The translations under genes were made by a program, and so were the position numbers. A stretch of DNA of 63,902 nt, the filler included, from Nemertoderma westbladi (Eukaryota; Animalia; Xenacoelomorpha): assembly GCA_032718475.1 (NCBI GenBank). It is 4 parts of 4 records of this genome, joined end to end, with 100 filler letters (N's around TTAATTAATTAA, not from the genome) between each part and the next. Parts side by side here need not be neighbours in the genome. Positions count along the whole stretch, not along the records: positions 1 to 17,927 come from JAUCBJ010001828.1; positions 18,028 to 39,546 come from JAUCBJ010005173.1; 2 more parts are not named here. The stretch is one strand, 5' to 3'. The notes under the pieces are model-generated. The model ran no database searches, had not been told where the DNA came from, and saw only the letters and a list, made by a program, of their open reading frames with translations. Each line of letters begins with the position of its first letter. The stretch's first letter is position 1. Positions 13,879 to 24,077 of this stretch are shown piece after piece.

Positions 13879-14796
13879 ATGTTAATGAAATCACTCAAAG
13901 CTTTAATTAAACAATTTGATGGGGATTTAAAGTTCCTATCTAACGCCTCCCCCAACAGTAGAAAAACTTTCTTACGCGTCGGTGGAACCGACAAACTTAT
14001 AAGTTTTCTAATTAATATTATTCTGAATGTATTAAATGGACACGTAAAAATTCCTGAGCAAACAATCGCGAGGCTAAAACGCCATAAAAAAACTATACGG
14101 GAGATTGCTAAAAAACCAACAGCCAAATATCCTATTAGAATTTACCGTAAACGATTGGTGCAAAGGGGCGGATTTACAGTATTGGTATCACAAATTGTAA
14201 AAAATAAAAATTTAGTTTTTGACATAACCCCAAAGCGTGTATTATTCTTTTATGGTGCCACCCCTCCTGAATTCCCAGGTATAACATATCTATTCAAAGG
14301 TTTACCGCAAAAAATCAATTCTATTTTCCGCGAAAATGATCTGATTATTATAGACGACTTGCTAAGCAAGAGTAAGAGTGACGAGAGTTTGACAGAAAGC
14401 TACACAAAAACCTGCCATCATACTTCCTGTTTCATTATCTATATAATACAAAAAATTTTCAGCAAAGGAGCAGAAACGCGGACGAGAAGTCTAAATGCCC
14501 AATATTGTATTTTCACAAAAAATCCCCGCGACGCAAGTCAAATAAGTTATATAGCGTGGCAAGTGTACCCAAAAAATAGCAATTTTACTGCTCAAGCATA
14601 TAGAGACGCCACACAAAAACCATTTACACACCTTCTTTTAGACTTTCACCAAAAAACGGATGATAATATAAAAGTTAGGGGCGATATTTACAACCCATTG
14701 GGGCAAACTGTTTATCAGCACATGAACACGAACTCTAATGTACCTCACCGAGGTGCTGAGGCTCAGTCTATACCTAGTAGCGACACCCAGGAGTGA
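13879..14796 (+). pseudogene. In-frame fusion of a small basic Maverick protein and a packaging (A32-like) ATPase lacking Walker A
   Basis: N-part NVLNGHVKI...LKRHKKTIR...LVQRGGF; C-part Walker B IIIDDL, RTRSLNAQY...KNPRD..QI...A.Q.YP, A.QKPF.HLLLD. Confidence 0.78.
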
Positions 14797-14884
14797 CGAC
14801 AGGTGAGGACCTTCGAATACGTAAGGGAAAGGCATGGGCAGCCTTGAATAGGCTTTCCAGGATTTGGAAGTCACCTAGAATTAA

Positions 14885-16212
14885 CCCTTTAGGTACTATG
14901 GATCACCCATGTGATACATAAGCAATGGTCTGCTAGAGCGCTATGTATCATACAGGTGATCCATGCTTTTAAATGTTACCCTATGCTATTCCATTCAGCT
15001 TTAGTGCATTTCTAAGCACTCTGCTATATTATTAGTGCATCAAGGGACATCTTTTTAGATACCGGTACCAGTTTACTGCACCTGAGTAGCAGATATGTGA
15101 CTCTTTACCATACCAGTACGGTAGGTACAGTAACGGTATAGTAACAGTAACAGGACAGTAACAGTACAGTAACAGTAACAATATAAAGGTATAGTTTTTG
15201 GAACTTTGGAAATTTATAGGGCTCTATCCTGTTTCAGCCCCAACATTCTACACCTGCCAGTCTGTCATCTGGTACCGGTAGTGGTGGTCAGTTTAGGAAT
15301 ATTGTAGGCCTATGTATTGGTTTAGTGTTTTGATTATTGACAAAAATTTCATTTTTTTTTTCAAAATAGGATCTGGTTAGGGTTAGTTGGTCATGCCTCA
15401 ACCATATACAGTACATTCTCAAATATAATTTATTAAATTTAGCGGGATTTTGGACATTTATTGCCATAGGCCAAGGTCAGTTACCAGTAATTAGGCTAGG
15501 CCTATAACTTCACTTTAGTGTTTTTGACAGACAAACTGACAGACAGACGGACAAACAGACAGTGTAGATTTCGTTAAACGTAAAAATTGACATCAGAAAT
15601 GAAATCACCGTCCAAGAAAACCCCATAGCCAAAATTTCCGGTTGATCGTATGCTTTCTTAATTTTTGACAGACAAACTGACAGAAAGACGGACAAACAGA
15701 CAAACAGACAGTGTAGATTTCGTTAAACATACAAACTGACATAAGAAATGAAACCACCATCCAAGAAAACCCCCATAGCCAAAATTTCCGGATGATCGTA
15801 TGCTTTCTTAATTTTTGACAGACAAACTGACAGAAAGACGGACAAACAGACAAACAGACAGTGTATATTTCGTTAAACGTACAAACTGCATCAGAAATGA
15901 AACCACCGTCCAAGATAACCCTCATAGCCAAAATTTCCGGTTGATCGTATGCTTTCTTAATTTTTGACAGACAAACTGACAGAAAGACGGACAAACAGAC
16001 AAACAGACAGTGTATATTTCGATAAACGGAAAAACTGACATCAGAAATGGAATCACCGATCTTTAGAACCCCCAAAGCGAAAATGTCAGGATGACGATAC
16101 GCTTACTTAGTTTTTAACAGACAAACTGACAAACAGACAAAGGCAGCTCTAATTTGTAAACATTTTCAGCGCATTACTATATGTTATTTGGGAATATTCA
16201 GTACCTAAAGGG
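14885..16212. mobile_element. Non-autonomous piggyBac-type element
   Basis: 13-bp TIR CCCTTTAGGTACT/AGTACCTAAAGGG; TTAA duplicated at 14881-14884 and 16213-16216; removing it restores the RTE sequence (GAATTAATCGG). Confidence 0.92.
15520..16140. repeat. ~150-bp tandem repeat (4-5 units) inside the piggyBac-type element
   Basis: Repeated TTTTTGACAGACAAACTGACAGAAAGACGGACAAACAGAC... blocks. Confidence 0.9.
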
Positions 16213-16949
16213 TTAATCGGAAACTTAAGGTCCGATTATTTAGAGCAGCAGTAGTTCCAGTACTCCTCTACGGGAGTCCATGCTGGGCTCTAACTGCTGA
16301 GGACACCAAATCTCTGGATGGCACATTCACAAGAATGCTACGCCGGGTACATTGTGTGAAGTACAATGCACACATCTCCAACCAGACACTATATAACATT
16401 GGAGGTGTCTCATTGGTTCCCCCAAGCTTGACACTAGAACAAAATCGCCTCCGCTTTGCAGGACATTGCTTTCGCCGTGAGGACCAGCCAGTGCATAATC
16501 TTGTACTTTGGCAGCCTCATGGAGTGAATAAGCATGGTGGACAGCCCATGACTTTCTTGAGACGCATCTTAAAGGACACTGGCCTTAAAGATGCGGATGA
16601 TCTAGCAAATGTCATGGGTGATAGGGAGTTGTGGCGGTGCAATTTTGTTGACAAGCCGGCACAGCATTCTTAAAAATGCAGCTGCAATGCAGCATGCCGA
16701 TCCTAGTAGTAGTAGTAGTAGTAGTAGCGACACCACACAAAAACCATTTACATACTTTGTTTTAGACTTTTCACCAAAATTAGGTTAGACCAACATTTTC
16801 GACCATTGGGGCAAACTGTTTATCAGTCCATGAACGTGAACTCTTAGTATATAGTATTAATATATTAATAATGATATATAATAAATTGTATCTAGTTTCT
16901 ACTTTATTATCGGATACTTATATATAATAAGAAAAGCAATAATATAATA

Positions 16950-17303
16950 CAACCGCTAGATGGTTTGGTAATTTCATCCCAGAAAGCCAAACGATTGTTG
17001 AGTTATTTAATGGAATTCTCGCGAGACAGAGTACGGTGGAGTGATAATAATAAACTCTATATAGAAAATAACTTATACCCGGAGCGAATATTGGTGATTT
17101 GATTGAATTGCTGGCCGCTAAAAAAAAATAAGAAAAACACCGAAATAATTCCTGGACAAGCAACGTTTTTGGGGCTATTAAAACGCTTAAGGATACCGAA
17201 ACGATTAATTGGTCGTGGTTGGTTGAAACAACGTAGGGTCCGCGCGAGCCCCCCCAACACAAAACGTGTCGATGTGTGGAAACAATACGTAGGACTACAT
17301 TAA
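16950..17303 (+). pseudogene. Maverick-like ORF remnant
   Basis: Across frameshifts reads ...PGANIGDLI...IPGQATFLGLLKRLRIPKRLIG...W, resembling a Maverick-associated protein pattern (from recall). Confidence 0.5.
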
Positions 17304-17467
17304 AATATTATGTTTTTCGAACGTTTCATATTAATTATTAACTGTCATTGTAAGTGTTTTCCACCGCAACTCGACATAACTGATGGGGGGAATCATAGAA
17401 AATCGAATAAACAAACGACTAGAGGAAGAATATATTACGATGTTTCAAATGCTGGTGGTTTCAGATG

Positions 17468-17927
17468 AGTCAGATGAGGACCTTCGAATACGTAAGGGAA
17501 AGGCATGGGCAGCCTTGAATAGGATTTCCATGATTTGGAAGTCACCGAGAATTAATCAGAAACTTAAGGTCCGATTATTTAGAGCAGCAGTAGTTCCAGT
17601 ACTCCTCTATGTGAGTCCATGCTGGGCTCTAACTGCTGAGGACACCAAATATCTGGATGGCACATTCACAAGAATGCTACGCCGGGTTCATGTGTCAAGT
17701 ACAATGTACACATCTCAAACCAGACACTATATAACATTGGAGGTGTCTCATTGGTTCCCCCAAGCTTGACACTACAACAAACTCTCCTCCGCTTTGCAGG
17801 ACATTGCTTTCGCCGTGTGGACCAGCCAGTGCATAATCTTGTGCTTTGGCAGCCTCATGGAGTGAATAAGTATGGTGGACAGCCCATGACTTTCTTGGGA
17901 CGCATCTTAAAGGACACTGGCCTTGAA
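17468..17927 (+). mobile_element. 5'-truncated RTE LINE (family B), runs off the contig
   Basis: EDLRIRKGKAWAALNR... near-identical to the other family B copies. Confidence 0.9.
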
Positions 17928-18027
17928 NNNNNNNNNNNNNNNNNNNNNNNNNNNNNNNNNNNNNNNNNNNNTTAATTAATTAANNNNNNNNNNNNNNNNN
18001 NNNNNNNNNNNNNNNNNNNNNNNNNNN
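17928..18027. other. Artificial contig linker (N-TTAATTAATTAA-N)
   Basis: 100-bp N run with a six-frame stop spacer; same design at three places. Confidence 0.97.
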
Positions 18028-18258
18028 GGCAACCATAGGTTGTTAGGTTGCCTTTCTTTGGGGCAGGGACAACCATAGGTTGTTAGGTTGCCTTTCTTTG
18101 GGCAGGGCAACCATAGGTTGTTAGGTTGCCTTTCTTTGGGGCAGGGCAACCATAGGTTGTTAGGTTGCCTTTCTTTGGGGCTGGGCAACCATAGGTTGTT
18201 AGGTTGCCTTTCTTGGGGCTGGGCAACCATAGGTTGTTAGGTTGCCTGTCTTTGGGAC
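18028..18258. repeat. ~39-bp minisatellite with internal hairpin (GGCAACC...GGTTGCC)
   Basis: About 6 tandem copies of GGCAACCATAGGTTGTTAGGTTGCCTTTCTTTGGGGC. Confidence 0.93.
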
Positions 18259-18494
18259 CAACGTATTTATTTTCAGTTCTTGAGGGAACTCTATACCGCT
18301 GGGATATAAATAACAATCTATCCATTAAATTCCGTTATAATTCGGTAATAACTCGAATTTTAAGATATAAAATATATATTATTTGATAATTATTTACCTC
18401 GTTTGTCATTGCAATATACTTTACACTGCGCAAAACAATTTAATATAATTATTTCGGGATATATGATAAATAAATATGATTATTTTTGTTTCAG

Positions 18495-18647
18495 TTTTTG
18501 AGAATCCTGATCGGATTGTCCTGGTTATGGAATACGCGTCTGGTGGGGGAGTTGTACGAATATCTTAGCGAACAGAAGTCACTGCCAGAGTGGGAAGCGA
18601 GACGGATATTCTCTCAGATAGTGTCAGCTGTACGACACTGCCATAAG
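18495..18647 (+). CDS. Single exon of an AMPK-related Ser/Thr kinase (NUAK-like); 1-nt frameshift in a G run
   Basis: After a TTTCAG acceptor reads FENPDRIVLVMEYASG[G]ELYEYLSEQKSLPEWEARRIFSQIVSAVRHCHK (subdomains IV-VIa); extra G at ~18545-18549. Confidence 0.75.
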
Positions 18648-18853
18648 GGTGGAGCGACACGGCCATAAGGATGCTGCGACACTGCCATAAGGTTGGTGCG
18701 ACACTGCCATAAGGTTGGTGCGACACTACCACAAGATTAGTTCTACTCTGCTGTAAGGTTAGTGCGCCACCTGCCATAAGGTTGGTGCTACTCTGCCATA
18801 CGGTTTATTGCGATAGGGCCATAAGGTTGCTGCCATTCTGCCATAAGGTTGGT
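18633..18853 (+). repeat. 22-bp tandem repeat derived from the kinase exon end and splice donor
   Basis: About 10 copies of CGACACTGCCATAAG-GTTGGTG. Confidence 0.88.
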
Positions 18854-19582
18854 AATTAATCTAAAAACAAAATACCAAAACATCGCCCCGTAATTTCACG
18901 TTTCCAATTCCACAATAACAACTTTGAATTTACGACCAATGCCCCCCCCCCCCCCCCACCCCCCACCTAAATTTGTTTCGCTTACATCCCGTGCACGAGA
19001 TATTGCATCTCATTTTTATTTTCAATATTCGCCTTTTACTCGCTCTAATGGAATGTCTAGCTAGCTGTTGATTAAACTGGGAAATAATAATAGTCAGTTT
19101 TAATTAAATTGCCAGTTTTCGAGATTTGTCTCCCTCAAGAACATGGCTACGGGCACAGTCGAAGTAAAACTTCGCAATTTATAAGGTAATGAATGTAAAT
19201 CTGGGACAGGATGGGGAGAGTGAATTAATCTGGGATACGATTGGAAAGTGAATCCATTATTACTTATTACCTCGCGCTCGCGTGCGTTCATATCTGTTAT
19301 TCCTCGCAATACATTTTACCTGGCAACTTGAACCTGGCTCACAGTGAAATGATTTGAAAGCGAAACCGATAACTTATCAACATGCCTTTAGCATAGACAT
19401 AATTGCGCGGTCTCTGATAAATATTCGACAAATTCCCTTTCGAATGAATCCCATTTAATAATTATGTCATTGCAAGGTTATTCGTTTTCAATATAATTTT
19501 GTTTATTGTTTTTTTATTGATTTCCATATCTTGTGCAACACAAGTGAGCACTCGAATTCCCCACACAAGGGAAATTGATATT

Positions 19583-20037
19583 CCATGTGGACAGCTAGGG
19601 TGTGGTACCTATCACGGGGCAAGTCGCCCATGTGGACAACTGGGGTGTGGTACCTATCACGGGGCAAGTCGCCCATGAGGACAGCTGGGGTGTGGTACCT
19701 ATCACGGGGCAAGTCGCCCATGTGGACAACTGGGGTGTGGTACCTATCACGGGGCAAGTCGCCCATGTGGACAGCTGGGGTGTGGTACCTATCAGTCACG
19801 GGACAAGTCGCCCATGTGGACAACTGGGGTGTGGTACCTATCACGGGACAAGTCGCCCATGTAGACAACTGGGGTGTGGTACCTATTACGGGACAAGTCG
19901 CCCATGTGGACAACTGGGGTGTGGTACCTATTACGGGACAAGTCGCCCATGTAGACAACTGGGGTGTGGTACCTATCACGGGGCAAGTCGCCCATGTGGA
20001 CAACTGGGGTGTTGTACCTATCACGGGGCAAGTCGCA
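19583..20037. repeat. 45-bp minisatellite (~10 copies)
   Basis: GGACAACTGGGGTGTGGTACCTATCACGGGGCAAGTCGCCCATGT in tandem. Confidence 0.95.
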
Positions 20038-20150
20038 ATATCGGCTGGGCAGTTGGGGAGTGCAATAAACGTAATGTGATGGATGGCGGTTACCATGCAC
20101 GTGAAAAATTTAATAATACCGTATACAGTACCACATGAACCACACCACCA

Positions 20151-21795
20151 TTCGGGTGTAGGCTAATATATATGGTTCCGTGTTTGGGTGTAGGCTAGTA
20201 TAGATGGTTTCATGTTTGGGTGTAGGCTAATATATATGGTTCCGTGTTTGGGTTGAGGCTAGTATAGATGGTTTCATGTGTGGGTGTAGGCTAATATATA
20301 TGGTTCCGTGTTTGGGTGTAGGCTAGTATAGATGGTTTCATGTTTGGGTGTAGGCTAATATATATGGTTCCATGTTTGGGTGTAAGCTAGTATAGATGGT
20401 TCCATGTTTGGGTGTAATCTAGTATAGATTGTTCCATGTTTGGGTGTAGGCTAATAGATATGGTTCCGTGTTTGGGTGTAAGCTAGTATAGATGGTTCCA
20501 TGTTTGGGTGTAGGTTAGTATAGATGGTTCCATGTTTGGGTGTAGGCTAATATATATGGTTCAATGTTTGGGTGTAGGCTAGTATAGATGGTTCCATGTT
20601 TGGGTGTAGGCAAGTAGAGATGGTTCCATGTTTGGGTGTAATCTAGTATAGATTGTTCCATGTTTGGGTGTAGGCTAATAGATATGGTTCCGTGTTTGGG
20701 TGTAAGCTAGTATAGATGGTTCCATGTTTGGGTGTAGGTTAGTATAGATGGTTCCATGTTTGGGTGTAGGCTAATATATATGGTTCAATGTTTGGGTGTA
20801 GGCTAGTATAGATGGTTCCATGTTTGGGTGTAGGCAAGTAGAGATGGTTCCATGTTTGGGTCTTGGGTGTAGGCTCTTAGAGATGGTTCCGTGTTTGGGT
20901 GTAGGCTAGTAGAGATGGTTCCATGTTTGGGTGTAGGCTAGTGGAGATGGTTCCGTGTTTGGGTGTAAGCTAGTATATATGGTTCCATGTTTAAGTGTAG
21001 GCTAATGGAGATGGTTCCATGTTTGGGTATGATAGTATAGATGGTTCCATGTTTGGGTGTAGGCTAGTATAGATGGTTCCGTGTTTGGGTGTAGGCTAAT
21101 ATATATGGTTCCATGTTTGGGTGTAGGCTAATGGAGATGGTTCCATGTATGGTTCGGTGTTTGAGTGTAGACTAGTACATATATGGTTCCATGTTTGAGT
21201 GTAGCCTAGTAGAGATGGTTCCATGTTTGGGTGTAGGCTAATGGAGATGGTTCCATGTTTGGGTGTAGGCTAATGCAGATGGTTGCATGTCTGGGTGTAG
21301 GCTAATATATATGGCTCCATGTTTGGGTGTAGGCTAATGGAGATGGTTCCATGTATGGTTCGGTGTTTGGGTGTAGACTAGTACATATATGGTTCCATGT
21401 TTGGGTGTAGCCTAGTAGAGATGGTTCCATGTTTGGGTGTAGGCTAATGGAGATGGTTCCATGTTTGGGTGTAGGCTAATGGAGATGGTTCCATGTTTGG
21501 GTGTAGGCTAATATATATGGTTCCATGTTTGGGTGTAGCCTCGTAGATATGGTTCCATGTTTGGGTGTGGCTAATGGAGATGGTTCCATGTTTGGGTATA
21601 GGCTAATGGAGATGGTTCCATGTTTGGGTATAGGCTAATGGAGATGGTTCCATGCTTGGGTGTAGGCTAATGGAGATGGTTCCATGTTTGGGTGTAGGCT
21701 AATATATATGGTTCCATGTTTGGGTGTAGGCTAATGGAGATGGTTCCATTTTTGGGTGTAGGCTAATAGATATGGTTCCGTGTTTGGGTGTAGGT
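20151..21795. repeat. 32-bp satellite (~50 copies)
   Basis: GTTTGGGTGTAGGCTA(A/G)TA(T/G)A(T/G)ATGGTTCCAT in tandem. Confidence 0.97.
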
Positions 21796-22282
21796 CAACT
21801 GGAGATAGGAGCCTCGGGGGATTATGAGCTGTAATCTCTGGCATTGACTCGTTCCGGGACAATACATTAATTCAACTGGGACGAGATATTTATTGGATTT
21901 GCGTCAATAATTTTAGTATTAAGATAACGAATATATTTACGTAATGGCTTCATTCATTTAATTTCAATATATAATTTTGAGTAAGTAGAGTGGTAGAGAC
22001 CATTTAGGTACGTAGAGACCATTTAGGTACCGGTAAATGTACTCAATAAAACTACAAAAGTTGAAATTAGAGTTATCAATTATATACGATCGAAATAGAA
22101 TGAATTATCGGCAATGAATTATAAACCGAACTGAAATTATTATTGGTATGCCTATAAAAATATTAACTGTACAATGTAGTGAGTTTATAATAACAATAAT
22201 ATTGCAATTTACAGTCAGTAAGCACAGCTGCTAGTCAGTAAGTCCTTCACTGCATCCTAGGATCCCGGCTGTCCATCTTCTC

Positions 22283-23626
22283 TTACTCCTCTGCAGGCTT
22301 CTTCACCCCGTCGCCATTGGTCACCACGATTGCGGGCACGCCATTGGTTTCCTCTACCCGCGGTTTCTTATTGGGTGAACATTGCTCCTCGGTGGTTTTG
22401 CGTTTCTTTATGAGGTGGGATATGTCCTGAGTGTCTCCTCCACCTCCAGAAGGGAAGGCCGGGGTCTCCAGGGCTTCCTTACTCTTTATTATGTCCTCCA
22501 TGTCTTCAATCTTGGCTTTAACGTCTTTAATTAGATTATTAAGGGATTCAATTTCGTCCTTATCGGCTTCTACATCGAGGGATTCGATGCTCTTATTGAA
22601 CGCGGCGACGACCTGTTGGAAGCTCGTCTTGGCGGCGATGACGTCACCACCGTAGGATTGGGACAGCCCGAGGTGGTAGAAGGCCTCGGCGATACGACGG
22701 GTGGTATCGTTGTGAGCCTTTCGGAGCTCGATGCAGACGAGGAGTTCGTCGCGAGCCGACTCGAACTGGCCGGACTCCATAGCGACCTCGCCGAGTTTCT
22801 GTCGGATCTCCGCGATCCTCAGATGGTCCCGAGTCGCTTCGGGCGCGCGGCTGTAGATGATCTTGGCGAGGTCGAGGAACTCCCACGCAATCTGCAGGTT
22901 GTCGATGTCTTCATCCTCCTTGGCTTCGGTTTCCTCACCCGTTTTATCATCCTCGTTACCATCGACACCGTTTTCTTCTACATCTTCGACGCCTTCAGTT
23001 TCTTCGTCTTCTTCTTCACTGCCGTTGTTTTCGCCTTCTTTATCGCCTTCTTTACCAGACTCCTCTTTGGCAACCGTTTCTGCGTCACCTTCTTTAGTTT
23101 CCTCTACCGGTACTACCTCAGTATCTTCTATCTCCTTTGCAGTATCTTTTTCCTTTTTATCACCTTCGCTTTCTAGAGATTTCGTGTTCTCGTCGATTGC
23201 TTCGCTAACTTGTTTATGAATAGCTTCCTTATCATCCTCAGTGAGGACGTCCATGTCGGGGATTCTTTCGGCGTCGATCCCATCTCGTGAACTCGTCACA
23301 CTCTCGGTGTCTTCCCCATTCTCATTGACGGCTTTGGTTCCCTTCAAGGCGTTACCCAACACCCCTGTTTCTACCCTGGCTAACTCGAGTAGCGACTTAC
23401 CGTACCAGAAGTAGGACTCCGCGCATTCCGTACCCACCTCACCGAACTCGGTTGCGAGACGACTAGATGCTTTCTCGAGAGAGTTAACCGCTGATACTAT
23501 ATCGTCGATCAACATGTCTCGTTTCCCTTTTGAAATCAACTCATTGCACTCTTCTACTATTTTCTCCTTGTCTGGGGTATTTTCGGTGGAGCTGGAGCAA
23601 ACGGGATCAGATGTTGTGGAAGACAT
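22283..23626 (-). CDS. NASP: NASP/N1N2-family histone chaperone (SHNi-TPR), intronless
   Basis: 447 aa; ECAESYFWYGKSLLELARVETGVLGNAL, acidic insertion, NLQIAWEFLDLAKIIY, LGEVAMESGQF, RRIAEAFYHLG, C-terminal DISHLIKKRK NLS. Confidence 0.93.
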   Translation of the reverse strand: MSSTTSDPVCSSSTENTPDKEKIVEECNELISKGKRDMLIDDIVSAVNSLEKASSRLATEFGEVGTECAESYFWYGKSLLELARVETGVLGNALKGTKAVNENGEDTESVTSSRDGIDAERIPDMDVLTEDDKEAIHKQVSEAIDENTKSLESEGDKKEKDTAKEIEDTEVVPVEETKEGDAETVAKEESGKEGDKEGENNGSEEEDEETEGVEDVEENGVDGNEDDKTGEETEAKEDEDIDNLQIAWEFLDLAKIIYSRAPEATRDHLRIAEIRQKLGEVAMESGQFESARDELLVCIELRKAHNDTTRRIAEAFYHLGLSQSYGGDVIAAKTSFQQVVAAFNKSIESLDVEADKDEIESLNNLIKDVKAKIEDMEDIIKSKEALETPAFPSGGGGDTQDISHLIKKRKTTEEQCSPNKKPRVEETNGVPAIVVTNGDGVKKPAEE

Positions 23627-24077
23627 AATTAAATATCAGTTTGTCAGTGGAATAATTGTGAAATGGAATCTAAATCTGGACTACTGCTACTGTCAGACTG
23701 TTTGAATGCTTGAATGTACAGATGTAGGCCTAGCTGCCTAGAGGTTAGACTGCCTGACTGCTAGAGAACCGGGCTGCCGGTACTGCTGTGCCTACCTTAC
23801 TTAGGCTTACGCTTACACAGGCTGCTTAGCCAGATACCGGTAGTGCGGTAGTTAGGCCACCTTTTACTCAAGAACAGAAGGACTACCAACTACTGAAGCT
23901 TCAGTAGGTAGTCTTTGCCTTTAATGTACTATCCAGCTATCACACTATCAGACTATGTCATGTCTGCTGATCTGCTGATGCTGTAATGTATAGATGTAAA
24001 CTTCAGTCTGGCTGTATGCATTAGGTAAACAACTGTCTGATTGTCAGCCTGTGTGAAGTTGAGGCTGTCCTGTCTGC

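Larger units (their letters stand above)
14800..16727 (+). mobile_element. 5'-truncated RTE LINE (family B) interrupted by a piggyBac-like MITE
   Basis: Nearly identical to the reverse complement of 30428-31012; (TAG)n tail at ~16704-16727. Confidence 0.9.
6250..17303. mobile_element. Decayed Polinton/Maverick (adintovirus-like) endogenous element; boundaries approximate
   Basis: Intronless cluster of dUTPase, pPolB, small basic protein, packaging ATPase and a further Maverick-like ORF, with many frameshifts. Confidence 0.75.

Noticed and set aside
15510-16075. ORFs in the piggyBac-type element as a transposase
   Set aside because: Translations of the 150-bp tandem repeat; no DDD motifs
17928-18027. 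TTAATTAATTAA motif as a biological site; linkage across the N gaps
   Set aside because: Artificial concatenation spacer, so adjacency between contigs is meaningless
19503-20138. Repeat-protein ORFs on both strands
   Set aside because: By-product of a stop-poor 45-bp minisatellite
18028-21795. CRISPR-like arrays (39-, 45- and 32-bp repeats; also the 34-bp array at 35948)
   Set aside because: Head-to-tail repeats with no unique spacers, no cas genes, eukaryotic context
22431-23219. Overlapping + strand ORFs
   Set aside because: Antisense shadows of the NASP CDS
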